The translations under genes and the position numbers were made by a program. Of a DNA stretch of 63,962 nucleotides, positions 13,875-27,000 are shown piece by piece. Numbering within the stretch: the first letter of the stretch is position 1; each line of letters starts with the position of its first letter. The DNA is taken from positions 178,657,002-178,720,963 of the forward strand of contig NC_068982.1 of the NCBI RefSeq assembly GCF_001194135.2. The letters are read 5' to 3'. The stretch is from Octopus bimaculoides. Its lineage: Eukaryota. The notes under the pieces were generated by a model, which did no database searches, had not been told where the DNA came from, and saw only the letters and a list, made by a program, of their open reading frames with translations.

Positions 13875-14205
13875 ATTATTATTATCTGGTGGCTGTAGCA
13901 AACGAGGTAGAGTGGTGGATACGTTTGAAAGAGCTGAAGACAGACACTTTCCTCTTTGGTCAAGGCCTCATAAACTTTTTCATGTTTCACTTGAAAAGGA
14001 AAGTGAGGGTCGAGAGGGAATTTTGTCTTCTAGCAAATTTGTTGAGAGGTGGGTGAATGTCGGAAAAATAGCCTGTGTGAAAGGACCCATTTTGAGCATG
14101 CGTCTGTGAAAAATAAAAGAAGGGCTCTTGCGATAGTTGTTGTGGGATTTTGTGTCGTCTTGTTTTGTCATTACATGTTGTTTTTATTAAGCCCTTGTGG
14201 CCAAT
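13875..14205 (+). mobile_element. 3' end of a Tx1/L1-like LINE (ORF2 C-terminus and 3' UTR)
   Basis: FHVSLEKESEGREGILSSSKFVERWVNVGKIACVKGPILSMRL* resembles Tx1-type C-termini from memory; followed by AATAAA-like signals. Family call unverified. Confidence 0.4.
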
Positions 14206-14211
14206 AAAAGA

Positions 14212-14213
<2 letters not shown>

Positions 14214-14284
<71 letters not shown>
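14214..14284. repeat. (TTA)n / (TAA)n microsatellite, tail of the adjacent minus-strand LINE
   Basis: About 23 perfect units abutting the LINE 3' UTR. Confidence 0.95.
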
Positions 14285-14285
<1 letters not shown>

Positions 14286-14289
14286 TTTT

Positions 14290-14880
14290 TGCACAGTTTC
14301 TAACGCTGGAGATGTACTACAGTGTCAGCTGTTCACTACAAGTGAACTAAGGTAACACCTCCTATTTTCCGAGCACCTTCCGGAGTATTCGGGCGATTTC
14401 AAGCACTACTGTTTTCTACAAGTGCTCCACCCTTATTATAGCCCCTATTTGTTCCACGTACTTCTCGAGATTTTTGCTCACTGTACCCAGGGCTCCGACA
14501 ATTATTGGTACTACTGCTACCTTTTTCATCCACCACAACTACTTAACTTCCCAAGCTAACCTGTCATATCTCTCAACTTTTCTTTCTTCCTTATCGCATA
14601 CCTTGTTTTCAGCTGGGCATGCTATATCTATGATCCAGCATTGTTTTCTTTCTCAATTAAGACTATGTCCGGCTTCGTATTCTCTATCTCATAGTCACAC
14701 TGAATCATAAAATCCCATAGGATCATTGCATTTCTATTTTCGACGCTGGAAATCCCATGCAAGATCGATGTCTTGCAAAAGGCAGCCTTATTGGGCACAG
14801 CGCACATCTTAAGGAAAGTATTATCTGTCTGATGTCCTTGTTGTGATTTGACAGATGACTAAAGAATCCGGTGCATTTTT
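14290..14880 (-). mobile_element. R4/Dong-like non-LTR retrotransposon 3' fragment (restriction-like endonuclease)
   Basis: Reads WDF...CWIIDIACPAENKVCDKEERKVERYDRLAWEVK*LWWMKKVAVVPIIVGALGTVSKNLEKYVEQIG...ARILRKVL; bounded by (TAA)n on both sides. Confidence 0.85.
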
Positions 14881-14900
14881 ACCTACACTATGCTACGAAG

Positions 14901-14901
<1 letters not shown>

Positions 14902-14996
<95 letters not shown>

Positions 14997-15762
14997 NNNN
15001 NNNNNNNNNNNNNNNNNNNNNNNNNNNNNNNNNNNNNNNNNNNNNNNNNNNNNNNNNNNNNNNNNNNNNNNNNNNNNNNNNNNNNNNNNNNNNNNNNNNN
15101 NNNNNNNNNNNNNNNNNNNNNNNNNNNNNNNNNNNNNNNNNNNNNNNNNNNNNNNNNNNNNNNNNNNNNNNNNNNNNNNNNNNNNNNNNNNNNNNNNNNN
15201 NNNNNNNNNNNNNNNNNNNNNNNNNNNNNNNNNNNNNNNNNNNNNNNNNNNNNNNNNNNNNNNNNNNNNNNNNNNNNNNNNNNNNNNNNNNNNNNNNNNN
15301 NNNNNNNNNNNNNNNNNNNNNNNNNNNNNNNNNNNNNNNNNNNNNNNNNNNNNNNNNNNNNNNNNNNNNNNNNNNNNNNNNNNNNNNNNNNNNNNNNNNN
15401 NNNNNNNNNNNNNNNNNNNNNNNNNNNNNNNNNNNNNNNNNNNNNNNNNNNNNNNNNNNNNNNNNNNNNNNNNNNNNNNNNNNNNNNNNNNNNNNNNNNN
15501 NNNNNNNNNNNNNNNNNNNNNNNNNNNNNNNNNNNNNNNNNNNNNNNNNNNNNNNNNNNNNNNNNNNNNNNNNNNNNNNNNNNNNNNNNNNNNNNNNNNN
15601 NNNNNNNNNNNNNNNNNNNNNNNNNNNNNNNNNNNNNNNNNNNNNNNNNNNNNNNNNNNNNNNNNNNNNNNNNNNNNNNNNNNNNNNNNNNNNNNNNNNN
15701 NNNNNNNNNNNNNNNNNNNNNNNNNNNNNNNNNNNNNNNNNNNNNNNNNNNNNNNNNNNNNN
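14902..15762. repeat. (AAT)n microsatellite running into an assembly gap (N 14997-15762)
   Basis: Direct read. Confidence 0.95.
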
Positions 15763-15913
15763 ACTACCAGTGATTGTAGGATCTCTAGGAATGATAAAAA
15801 AAGGTACTGAAATCTATTTGAAAATGATACCAGGCTTACCATCTCTACAGGAGGTGCAAAAAATCGTGCTAACTGGAACGACTCATGTACTAAGGAGAAC
15901 ATTATCACTGTGA
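15763..15913 (+). mobile_element. R4/Dong-like LINE, extreme C-terminus of the REL domain
   Basis: LPVIVGSLGMIKKGTEIYLKMIPGLPSLQEVQKIVLTGTTHVLRRTLSL* follows the PVIVGALG...LQK..L.GT..ILR pattern. Confidence 0.8.
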
Positions 15914-16109
15914 AAACAACATCCATTCATGATTTTTTTTTTCCTTTTTTTTTCTTAAATACATGTTTTACCTATGAATTTGCGTGCGTAAATTGGGAAT
16001 GCATACAACGTTTCTCTGCCCTAGGTGTACGGAAAACACTCGGCGAGAAATGGGAAAAAATTTGAAGAAAAAAGAAAAAAAACATAATAATAATAATAAT
16101 AATAGTAAT

Positions 16110-16540
16110 AATAAGCCCAGGTGGAATATAAGAGACGCCACGACAATATAGCCTGGTCTTGTGCAGCAATGATCAGGCTTTCGGTGCTACACATCAAATC
16201 ACCTCGATCAAGTCATGTTCACGATGCTGTATTATCCTTAACGTCCTGTGTATTCCTTTCAAACTGTCCATGCATTCTCATTTCAAGAAGGTCTTCTTTT
16301 TACTTCTCCTCGCTCTTTGGTTAAACTTTTCCTTGCCCATCATTTCATCTGCATTTACACCCATATCTTTCGCGGCATTTCCAGCAGGACTTCATCACTA
16401 TTTATCAAATACTCGGCTAGCGTTCTACTCCGCGACTTCTTTCCAGTGTTGCTCTTTCATGACATTTAATAAGTGTATCGTACTCTTCCTTCGTCCATTA
16501 TGTCTGTTTTTGAGCACACCATGTATTTGATCTGTTGTGA
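16110..16540 (-). mobile_element. R4/Dong-like LINE fragment (post-RT region)
   Basis: Remnants MHGQFERNTQDVKDN...WL.RGDL...TESLIIAAQDQAI; flanked by (TAA)n at ~16085-16112 and 16670-16775. Confidence 0.8.
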
Positions 16541-16667
16541 CATAACGACCGTCCGAGGCCAGATTACTGTTCCTGACGAGGGCAGTTTCAGACGTGCCGG
16601 GCGGTAAACCTTCACCACGATCGGCTATAGCTTCATTCTCACCGTAAATTCTTTCTTTGTTGCGTTG

Positions 16668-16669
<2 letters not shown>

Positions 16670-16766
<97 letters not shown>

Positions 16767-16868
16767 TATTATTATATAGGTATGCATTTATGTATGTTTA
16801 TGCATGTATGCGTGTATGTATATATGTATCATGGCTATCACTATCTTTTTCTGTATATATATATATAT

Positions 16869-16909
<41 letters not shown>

Positions 16910-17740
16910 NNNNNNNNNNNNNNNNNNNNNNNNNNNNNNNNNNNNNNNNNNNNNNNNNNNNNNNNNNNNNNNNNNNNNNNNNNNNNNNNNNNNNNNNNNN
17001 NNNNNNNNNNNNNNNNNNNNNNNNNNNNNNNNNNNNNNNNNNNNNNNNNNNNNNNNNNNNNNNNNNNNNNNNNNNNNNNNNNNNNNNNNNNNNNNNNNNN
17101 NNNNNNNNNNNNNNNNNNNNNNNNNNNNNNNNNNNNNNNNNNNNNNNNNNNNNNNNNNNNNNNNNNNNNNNNNNNNNNNNNNNNNNNNNNNNNNNNNNNN
17201 NNNNNNNNNNNNNNNNNNNNNNNNNNNNNNNNNNNNNNNNNNNNNNNNNNNNNNNNNNNNNNNNNNNNNNNNNNNNNNNNNNNNNNNNNNNNNNNNNNNN
17301 NNNNNNNNNNNNNNNNNNNNNNNNNNNNNNNNNNNNNNNNNNNNNNNNNNNNNNNNNNNNNNNNNNNNNNNNNNNNNNNNNNNNNNNNNNNNNNNNNNNN
17401 NNNNNNNNNNNNNNNNNNNNNNNNNNNNNNNNNNNNNNNNNNNNNNNNNNNNNNNNNNNNNNNNNNNNNNNNNNNNNNNNNNNNNNNNNNNNNNNNNNNN
17501 NNNNNNNNNNNNNNNNNNNNNNNNNNNNNNNNNNNNNNNNNNNNNNNNNNNNNNNNNNNNNNNNNNNNNNNNNNNNNNNNNNNNNNNNNNNNNNNNNNNN
17601 NNNNNNNNNNNNNNNNNNNNNNNNNNNNNNNNNNNNNNNNNNNNNNNNNNNNNNNNNNNNNNNNNNNNNNNNNNNNNNNNNNNNNNNNNNNNNNNNNNNN
17701 NNNNNNNNNNNNNNNNNNNNNNNNTATATATATATATATA
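16670..17740. repeat. (TTA)n and (TA)n microsatellites around an assembly gap (N 16910-17724)
   Basis: Direct read. Confidence 0.95.
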
Positions 17741-20700
17741 CATACATGTAACTCTATACGCCCTTAATAATTATGTAACATACCTAAAAAGTTATGATAT
17801 TGCCATTAAGTAAGTGTGGTGCGTAGCACTAACGTCTTTGAAGTTTCACCAACATTCTTTTACTAATGTAGTTCCCGAATGTATTTGTAAAGATACATCA
17901 AAGGGCGGCCATGCAGAATATATATATAAAATCAAGTTGTGAAACACCATTAAAACTAGAAAAAGTATTTGGTGTGTATTCTCTCATTTGATATTGTATT
18001 CCATTATGCTACCGGATTAGACAGCAGAATGAAATTGTTTGTTAAAGCTGCGAAAGCCAAATTTCACTTAATGACGTATTTTAATATAAGTTGAAAGAAT
18101 ACTGTTTAGGCTAAAAGAAGAGTAAATCACATTTTATAGCTGAGTCTGTTGGTAAGTAATAGTTTCTAATACACGCACAAGTATCTGATTAAAATTATAT
18201 TCTATTTCTTTTCATTTTTATTATCGATTCCAAATTGATCTGTTATTTCAAAGCTGTTCGCCTTTCTACTTTAATATTATTCGATATTGAAATGGAAGAA
18301 ACATTGTATCGTTTAATGTGTGTAAATAATGTCCAGTATTTTGTTTAATTCAACATTTGAAGCGTGATTTATTTACTTTGAAAAAATGTTCATTTTTGGT
18401 TTGAAGTACTGTATTGTAAATGTTTCGGATACTGAAAACTTCAGGACATTTCTAAACTACATTGTTTGCTTTAACAATTCAACAGAACTGAATTTCTAGT
18501 TTGTTTAAATTTAAGCCTTATATGTTCCTTCCATTCCAACGAAAAGCCCAATGTGTAATACTCAATATGTATGTTTCTATATAGTTCATGTTTGCTAAAT
18601 CTTGTCTTGCTAGTACTCTTCAGATAGTTCATATTTCAATAGTCCTTGAATTTGCAATACAATAAATCTTTCTTCATAATCTGTCTTTGTTTCATACTGC
18701 AGTTTGTGTGTGAACTGACTTTTGTTGAGGTGTACTACTACGTCTGAGTGTACAGTTTTGCTATATAAATTACAAACTGAGCAAATGTTAATCTACTGCA
18801 CTCGTCACTCACAATGCTTTTGATCGTATCATAAACAACTTCATTTTCCAATAAGTATACCTCTTAAAGCTTTCTTCTTGTTTAGTGCCAGTAATTTTAT
18901 ATTAATTTAGTTAGAGAAAACTAAGCATTGACCATGATTTGCATGGACTCCAATACTGTTTATATTCAATTTTAACTTCTCTATATGAAGAAATGTAAGA
19001 TAAAAGTAGACAAAAGTAGACAACATGACCAGATAGCAAAACGTTGATATAATTAAAGATGTGCGCAAGAAGAGAATTTTGAACGAATGGCAATCTGAAA
19101 GTAAAGACTGGGTGCAGAGCGTAGTACAGAATTCGGTGGCAGTGATAGTGGGTTGTACATAACTTAGTTAATTAGTAGGAGTAGACTTTTGTGGACCAAA
19201 AGTGCTCCAGTGAAGTGTCATAGGACCAGTTAACTTCGGGAATCACATGCCATTAAATTTGCGATGAAGGAGGCAGAAAAGAGAACATAGTCCATCTTTG
19301 GGAGTTGAATATCTCTATGATTGATTTTATGCCAATCAGACGAACGGTTTTTCTTGAAATTTGGCCTAGCATATCAGTATGCATGTAGTATTCACATCAA
19401 CCTATATGTAGAGAAAGTACTCTCTTGTGGATCTCACCTGAGTTCTGTAGATAGGTTGTAGTTGTTGTTGGTGGTGGTGGTGGTGGGGGCTTGAAATGTC
19501 TTCTGGCACGAAATAGAAGTGACATTACTTTCGATACATTAACGTGTATGTTGAAGTTGCGTTTTCGTCATAGCAGCTTCACAATGATAATAAACCTACC
19601 ATTTAGGAGCAATCACAAGGTTTTTTCTACAAGGAAGTGAGGGATAGTGATGTTTTCATGATGTGTGAAGTATTTGTGCTGTTTTGATGATGAACAAGGC
19701 AAGCTTGGAGTAACTCTGTTGGAAGATATTTAAGAGCTCCTTGTTCATGGATTGGTAAACATTTGTCATAAGTTAGTGAATCGTCTTCTTCAATGCTTTT
19801 AAAAAATGTTTTCCTTTCAGCGGCAATGGTTCTAAGCACATTTGCTCAACTAACATTAAGCAATTTATATATTTTTTATTGTGCATTATAAGCAGCATTC
19901 TAAAATTGAATAAAAGTGACATAACGGGATTAAATTATGAAAGTAATTTATCTTGCGTATTCTATGCCAAAAATCCATGAAAGAATATTTGTAAATATTT
20001 ATTCTAGTATAGATTCTTATAACAATCTCACTCAATTGTTTATTTTAATGTAATACTGTACGTTTGATTTGATACACGTGTAGTTTATAATACGTTATGT
20101 GTTCACGTGCATTTTAGCAGCTAAATGATATTTGGTATCGCTAAAATATGTAAAATGAGTGGTAAATCTCCAGGAGTAATCGTTTAAATTAACAACACTA
20201 TATAATATAAGTGGCCGTACTTAACGGTCATACAGCACTCTGAAGCGTTCCTATTCTGTTCAGTAAAGGTTTTAAAAATGTGACGAAAGACAAGTGCATT
20301 AATACTTTTTAATTTCCGAATATTAATTTAACATGAGAGCATGTGATGGACATTTAGTACCAGCAGATTAATTATTATGACGAATATCTAGAAAGAATTT
20401 AGAAAGAATTCAATCTCTGCTTATGTGTTTTACTTTGGACATGACATGCTATTTTCGTTAATGTAGGATAAAATGATGCCTAATAAATACTGCCAAACTT
20501 TACCAGTTCAGAAGTACCATGGAAGGGTACAAACTCTGGATTTTATAATATAAATAGATCCTATCGCAAAATGTTAACAAGCTAAAAGCTATTATTTCGT
20601 GGCCATTGTGAGGTATAATCAACAAATTGCAATATCTATTTATATACAGATCGATACTGAATAGAAGAATAGAACTTAATTCATTGTTTAGCTCAACATC

Positions 20701-21737
20701 CACCTTTGCTGAGTTATTCCTATTTTACTCATACTACACTCGCTGTCCCCCGAAAATTTCACTCTCAAGAAATACAATATAGTAAAGAGGCGTCATTGTT
20801 CTATATTGTAGATAGTTAGAGTACACTAGTTACCATATCTTCCTCCATACATATCAATCATCGTTGGGCAAGGTTAGAGATTCACGTATCTGTACAATGT
20901 GGAGTATTGGAAAGCAATTGAATAGAAGCAATTGAGTGATTTAATAAAATATTTAGTAAAATTAGATTCATTTCGTTATTCGAATGAATCAGTTAGGGTT
21001 CAATTTATTTCTCGCAAATAGCGAACGAGATTAAATTCATGCCATGATGAATAATTGAATAAAGATTCAATTGTAAATTGATGAAATAAAAGAATTGTAA
21101 AGGTTAGAAAGTGTTATTCTCTAACTTAGAAAAATATCGGTACGTCTGTCTAGATTAAATGGAAATGATCAACAAAGTATCTAGCTTAGCAAATAAGAAA
21201 CAAGAACTTTACTGGGGTGAAAAACATTTTGTGGTGCATGTTGATTAATCTAACAGCGGAAATAATTAAGTTATTTCATAAATTAGTGACAGAAGGGACA
21301 GTACCCATGGTTATTGCATGCAATCCAAGGCCATTGTGATACATGCAGTAAACTAAAGTATAGAATCATAGTTCCCCGAAGTGGCTCATACATGTCTGAA
21401 ACATAGGAAAATTATATTTCCTAAAGTATCCGGAGAAACTTATTCTCTACGTACAAGCAATTTAGTAGTTTTCATCTACCGCTGAAACCACTTTACTGTT
21501 ACCACCAAAAATGCAATATATGAGTTCGTGCATAACATAGCTTGTACGCATACCCACCACTAAATCTCCAGCTGAATATTTTGGTCCCTAAAGTCAGATT
21601 AATTACAGCTGAAATGACCTTGACTATAAATAAGTTTGGTCAGTGCTCGTCTGGTGCTAAACGGCATAAAAAAGAACGACTAATATAAAGAACTATATTT
21701 GGACACTCGAGAGTATACAACAATCTTAGCGTGTAAT

Positions 21738-21935
21738 ATATCCTTTCTACTATAAGTATAAGGCCTGACCTTTTGGACCAGTCGATTATATGACACCATT
21801 GGACAGCTGGTATATATTTTATAGACCCCAAAAGGAAGAAAGGCAAAGTCCATCTCGGAGGAATTTAAGTTCAGAATTTGAAGATGGACGAAATGCTGTA
21901 TTTTGACCAGGGTACTAACGATTCGCTGCCCTAGT
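21738..21935 (-). mobile_element. SINE family A, diverged copy
   Basis: Reverse complement ggcagcgaatcgttagtacc...ttctgaacttaaattcctccgagatggactttgcctttcttccttttggggtctataaaata... Confidence 0.75.
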
Positions 21936-22452
21936 CCCAGTGTGTAATATGGCATGGAAGAATGAGAAGTGTGGTGCTCAGAAAGCTGCAGACATTATGT
22001 TGTTATTGCAGAATCGCGCGTCAGTCACTCCGAAGATTATTTAAGGTATACGTCTTTAAAAAGAAAGTATAAAGGTATATTTATGCAAGTCTGAGACTGT
22101 CAATAAAGGACAAGCATGTTGAGACCATTACGGTTGGGAAGATTTTCGATGAAAAATCACCTAAGGTTATATAAGAATAGGGACTGCAACACAACAACTC
22201 CAAGTAATTTGCTCATACTCAACAATATTTAAGCAAATTCAAACAAAATTTAAAAAGACTTATCAAAGAATTGCGAAAAAATAAACACACGAAAAAATTC
22301 GGAACACAAACTCCATTAACATACTCACCAAAATTGGAGGGGGAGGGGAGCCAAAATGTCTTTCCGAAAATAGTAGCTGAAAAACAGGAAAAAAAAATAA
22401 AGGCAGTAGAAATACACTCGTTTATTCATACAAACGTAACTGAGATGAAATA

Positions 22453-22815
22453 TGTCATAAATAACAGTGACAAACGAAATATACACCGCCGGAATTTGTT
22501 GTAGACAAACAACAGCAGTAATTTTACTCAGCTGAATACACGTCATTGATTGGTTGAAATTACCGAAATACGACAACTTTAACGTGAAATAACTTTGAAA
22601 ATACAAACTTTTCTCAACAGCACTAAGAGTAAAAGATGTTTTATATGACACATTCTACCAGTGTCCGAAGTTTGAAACTGATTAGTTACAAAAAATTAAT
22701 TTCTCGATGTGCCGTTCACTTTGAAAAGATGAAAAATTTCTCCTACCTACTGCTGTTGTTTGTCTACAACAAATTCCGGCCGTGTATATTTCGTTTGTCA
22801 CTGTTATTTATGACA
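22453..22815. repeat. Inverted repeat, 68-bp arms (1 mismatch), 227-bp spacer; MITE-like or two opposed repeat fragments
   Basis: 22453-22520 is the reverse complement of 22748-22815; no TSD seen. Confidence 0.9.
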
Positions 22816-23967
22816 GGAAAACAAACGGAAAAAAAAAACAAGACAGGAAAATAAACGGAAAAGGCTGTGCGGCCAGACGTGAAAAATTATGTGTATATGA
22901 ACGCAGTGAGGCACGAACTGAAAAAGACGGGACGAAGTAAGTTCGCGTGTTTGCTCGGCGATAGCCAAGGAAGAAAAGGATTAGTGACCGGAAGCATGTG
23001 ACCAAGCAAGGGTAATGGAGAGAGAGAGAGAGTGGTAGAGGGAGAAACAAAGGGAGGAAGTAGAAGAATAGGTGAGCAACGAAAGAAAGAGAGGAAGAGA
23101 GGATTATAGAAGTAACGGAAGGAAGAACAAGAGGGGAAAGAGAGAGGTATATAGTAACAGAAGGAAGAACGAGAGGGGTAAAGAGAGATACGTAGTAGTT
23201 ACAGAGGAAGAATGAGAGGGGGAAAAAGTGATATAGAAAGAGATAGAACCGCGTCAGAAAATATAATATAAAGTTGAAACCTACTTACAACAGGGATGAC
23301 GCAGGCGTTCGATCATGTAAAACAATAATAAATGAGTATATGCATATATACATACAGGTATGTGCATACCTACGTCTACCTGTATATATAAGTGCATCAT
23401 CAGAAACGCCACAAGGAATCGAACGAACAGCAAGAGATTCACGATCTGACAAGATCTATATGATACACTTAATTCATAAAAATTTTCAACAACTTAAATT
23501 CCAAGTAAGCAATTGAACCGTTGCGGTAGTTCTAGAAAGATTAGCTTAGTCTCTTTCAAATAGCACGCTCCTATTTGAAAATTCAGGATAGTTTTAAGAG
23601 GGAATACTCTAAATGCAGTGATAAATGGTGTAAATGTTAAGACTATTGACATATGAGACAATTCTAATGTGTGAGTGTCTGAAAAATAACTATTCGTATT
23701 AATACTAGTTAGTGACAACTAGAAGCAAAACAGTTTACGAAGAAGCCAGACAATTTTAGTGTTACTCGAATGTAATTTGACGTTGCATATTGTAGGAGAT
23801 AAGTAAGAAGTATTCACATGAAATATCGTAATTTATTTAGAACAAGCCAGCAAGCCTTATTCGGCTAAACATTGCAGCCAAATATTTCTTGAAATCATAT
23901 GACTGTATTAAGAAAATGAAGGAAGGTTCGGACAGCGTAGTCAATGATACGTAGTAGCATTGACTGT

Positions 23968-24402
23968 GCAGGAGTGGCTGTGTGACGCAGGAATGGCTGT
24001 GTGGCAAGTAGCTTGCTTACCAACCACATGGTTCTGGGTTTAGTCCCACTGCGTGGCAACTTGGGCAAGTGTTTTCTACTATAGCCTCGGGCCGACCAAA
24101 GCCTTGTGAGTGGATTTGGTAGACGGAAACAGAAAGAAGCCCGTCGTATATATATATATATATATATGCATGTGTGTGTATATGTTTGTGTGTCTGTTTG
24201 TCCTACCCCCCAACGTCGCTTGACAACCGATGCTGGTGTGTTTACGTCCCCGTAACTTTGGGGTTCGGCAAAAAGGGATCAATAGAATAAGTACTAGGCT
24301 TACAAAGAATAAGACCTGGGGTCGATTTGCTCGACTAAAGGTGGTGCCCCTGCATGGCCGCAGTCAAATGACTGAAACAAGTAAAAGAGAGAAAAGAGAA
24401 AG
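23968..24402 (+). mobile_element. tRNA-derived SINE, family C, full length, with duplicated 5' head and internal (TA)n
   Basis: gcaggagtggctgtgtg repeated at 23968 and 23987; B-box-like ggtttagtccc; body ttgggcaagtg...gccttgtgagtggatttggtagacgg; 3' end ...catggccgcagtcaaatgactgaaacaagtaaaagag. Confidence 0.88.
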
Positions 24403-25014
24403 AGAGCGTGCATGACAGAAAGACAGGAGGGTCACAACTGGAATGCATTTCGCCACACAACTGCTTAGTCAAACGATGCAACATTATACAATGACCTTGA
24501 ATCTGTAAATGCCATGTGGTTCTGCATGAATCTACGCTATATAAAATTTAAAAAATATTTTCCAGGAAGTAAATGATGCTTAAAACACCAGATAAATTCC
24601 AAAAGTAAATTAAACATGTTTTATTCATAAGCGTGATAGGAATCTCCTCTTGAAATTCATTGTTTTAAACATGTGTATTTTAAGGCAGTAAGAACGTAAT
24701 CGAATTTATAAAGTAATATGATAGTCGAAGAAATTATAACTTTCAAGATATTCCGTGATAGGTAGCGCTTGAGACGTGAGCCGCTGGTGGTTTGCAGAAC
24801 TGTCTAATGGATGAACAAAGTGAATTATCGACTGTTAACCGAATTTCAATTAGTTTTTTCCTGCTTTAGTGTCCGACACCTTAAAGATCCAATTTCTCTT
24901 AACAATTCTATGGAAATAAAACTATGCATCTGAACTGCACTAAAAGCTACTACTTATTCCCTTTTAGATGGTTCGGAAAGCGACCGTATTTATATTTTAC
25001 CATGACATTTGTTG

Positions 25015-25236
25015 TACACACACACACACGCACACGCACACACACATACACACGCACGCACACACACANNNNNNNNNNACACACGCACACGCACACACAC
25101 ATACACACGCACGCACACACACACACACACACATACACGCACGCGTGCACACGCATACAGTTGAATATATATACATATACGTGTATACATATGTATATGT
25201 ATGTATCTATTTCTCTCTTCATTTTTCTTTTATCTC

Positions 25237-25302
<66 letters not shown>

Positions 25303-25425
25303 CATACATACATACATGCATACATACATATATGTATACACACACACACACACATATATATATATACGTACATGTACATACACAGTCACACATATACACA
25401 GTTATACGTATGTATATGTATATAT
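25015..25425. repeat. Compound (CA)n/(TA)n/(TACA)n microsatellite block (10-N gap at 25069-25078)
   Basis: Direct read. Confidence 0.95.
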
Positions 25426-26460
25426 GCGCTCCAATTTCCTTTCCTGTAGCATGAACTATTATCCAATGCTTCAAAAGAAATAATGAAATTAGATTTGATG
25501 TCTTGTAGAAAAATTTATTAAAGTACTTCATGAAGTATGGAAGCGTACATCACATGACGTCGTTACAGAAGACGAAAAGAATCAAATTATTTCGATCTAA
25601 TGTATATATTTTATCTATGATGTTAGCGACGTCAATTATAGAAGCGTTGCTACTGATTTAGAAACTTCTAGCCATATTAAAACGAAATAGATAACGTCTT
25701 TTGGAACTTTTCCAACCCACAACTATATTCGCAAATCAAAGTGAAAAGCTATTACTTTTCATAATTATATTTTGCATTTCTAAAACTAAACATATATATT
25801 TGTCATATATTTTCAATCTGGAAATTGATCTGTAATTTTTAGTCTTGCTTCCTCATACTTTCAACAAATTGGTAATAATTCTTCCTGCACTAGGTATTAC
25901 ATTAAAGCAAGATTTCCATTTTCTGATCGGCCATTTATTAAATTGTAAGAAAGCAGATTAAATACACGAAGAAATTACTTTGAATGAGCGATTAGGCATA
26001 TTCATTCTCATAAATCAGATATCACTGATTCAAATTTGAAGTACTTCTTATACCCTATATTATAAAGCTATTCGTATTTCTCTATTTATATTTTTTGAGT
26101 TATTTATTATTTAAACACTGCGTACATAGCTCCACATCGGTTCATTGATGTAGTATGATCATTACACACTTCAAATAAGAAAGCAGAGCATCGAAACAAA
26201 TCTAAGGGACTCATCTATAAATTAGTAATTAAAGACTGTCTTTCATTTTCAATCTATAGAAGCGATTTCCCTCAAAATTGTGGAAAGCCATTTATGCACG
26301 ATCGTGATTGTTCTAAATATAAAGTAAATACCAGCTCCATGGCGATTGAATATTCAAAAATTTGTGTTCAAAAACACAGTTATTATAACCTTGCCAAGAG
26401 CGTAATATGTAGTGAAACGTGAATTACACGCTCACACATAGACACACATGTACGCACGCA

Positions 26461-26520
26461 ATACACACACACACACACACACACGCACACACACACACAC
26501 ACACATACACACACGCACGC
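26461..26520. repeat. (CA)n microsatellite
   Basis: Direct read. Confidence 0.95.
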
Positions 26521-26924
26521 ACATTAGTATATCAACACGCAGGAAAAGATGCAATCTTTAGTAACAACCACCTACCATATCCTTCACTATGAATCTTTTA
26601 CCAGTAGCCATCAGAAACGGCTCATATAATATCTATCGGATTCCTTTAAACCAATTAAGCCAGTTAAGAACTCAAAAAAATTGTTATACTCTTCTTTCTT
26701 ATATTTCTTGAAGTGTTAACATCATCTTACATCTGCGACCGGGTCATTGACTCGATTCCATAGTAACCGTTGTAAATCAATACTTGGTAATTGTTAAAAA
26801 AAAATCTCTGGCTGACATTTTTCGCTCTTTTCTTTTGGAATTTCAGACATACTAGCCTACGGCAGGGTAGCTCTTTAACTCATTGATAAGAGATATTAAG
26901 TCGTAGTTACTCTTATTGGAGCAT

Positions 26925-27000
26925 CTTACCGTATTTATACGTACGATACTCTGCGCCCTGAGTTCAAATTCCGCTGTAGTTAACTTTGATTCTCATCTTT
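26925..27000 (+). mobile_element. SINE family A fragment
   Basis: ctgagttcaaattccgctgtagttaactttgattctcatcttt matches the family core. Confidence 0.55.

Noticed and set aside
16545-16660. GC-rich cap next to a Dong fragment, tested as an HDV-like or hammerhead ribozyme (CTG-CCCTCGT-CAG; CTGACGA)
   Set aside because: P1/P1.1 pairings could not be completed, and no GAAA follows the hairpin.
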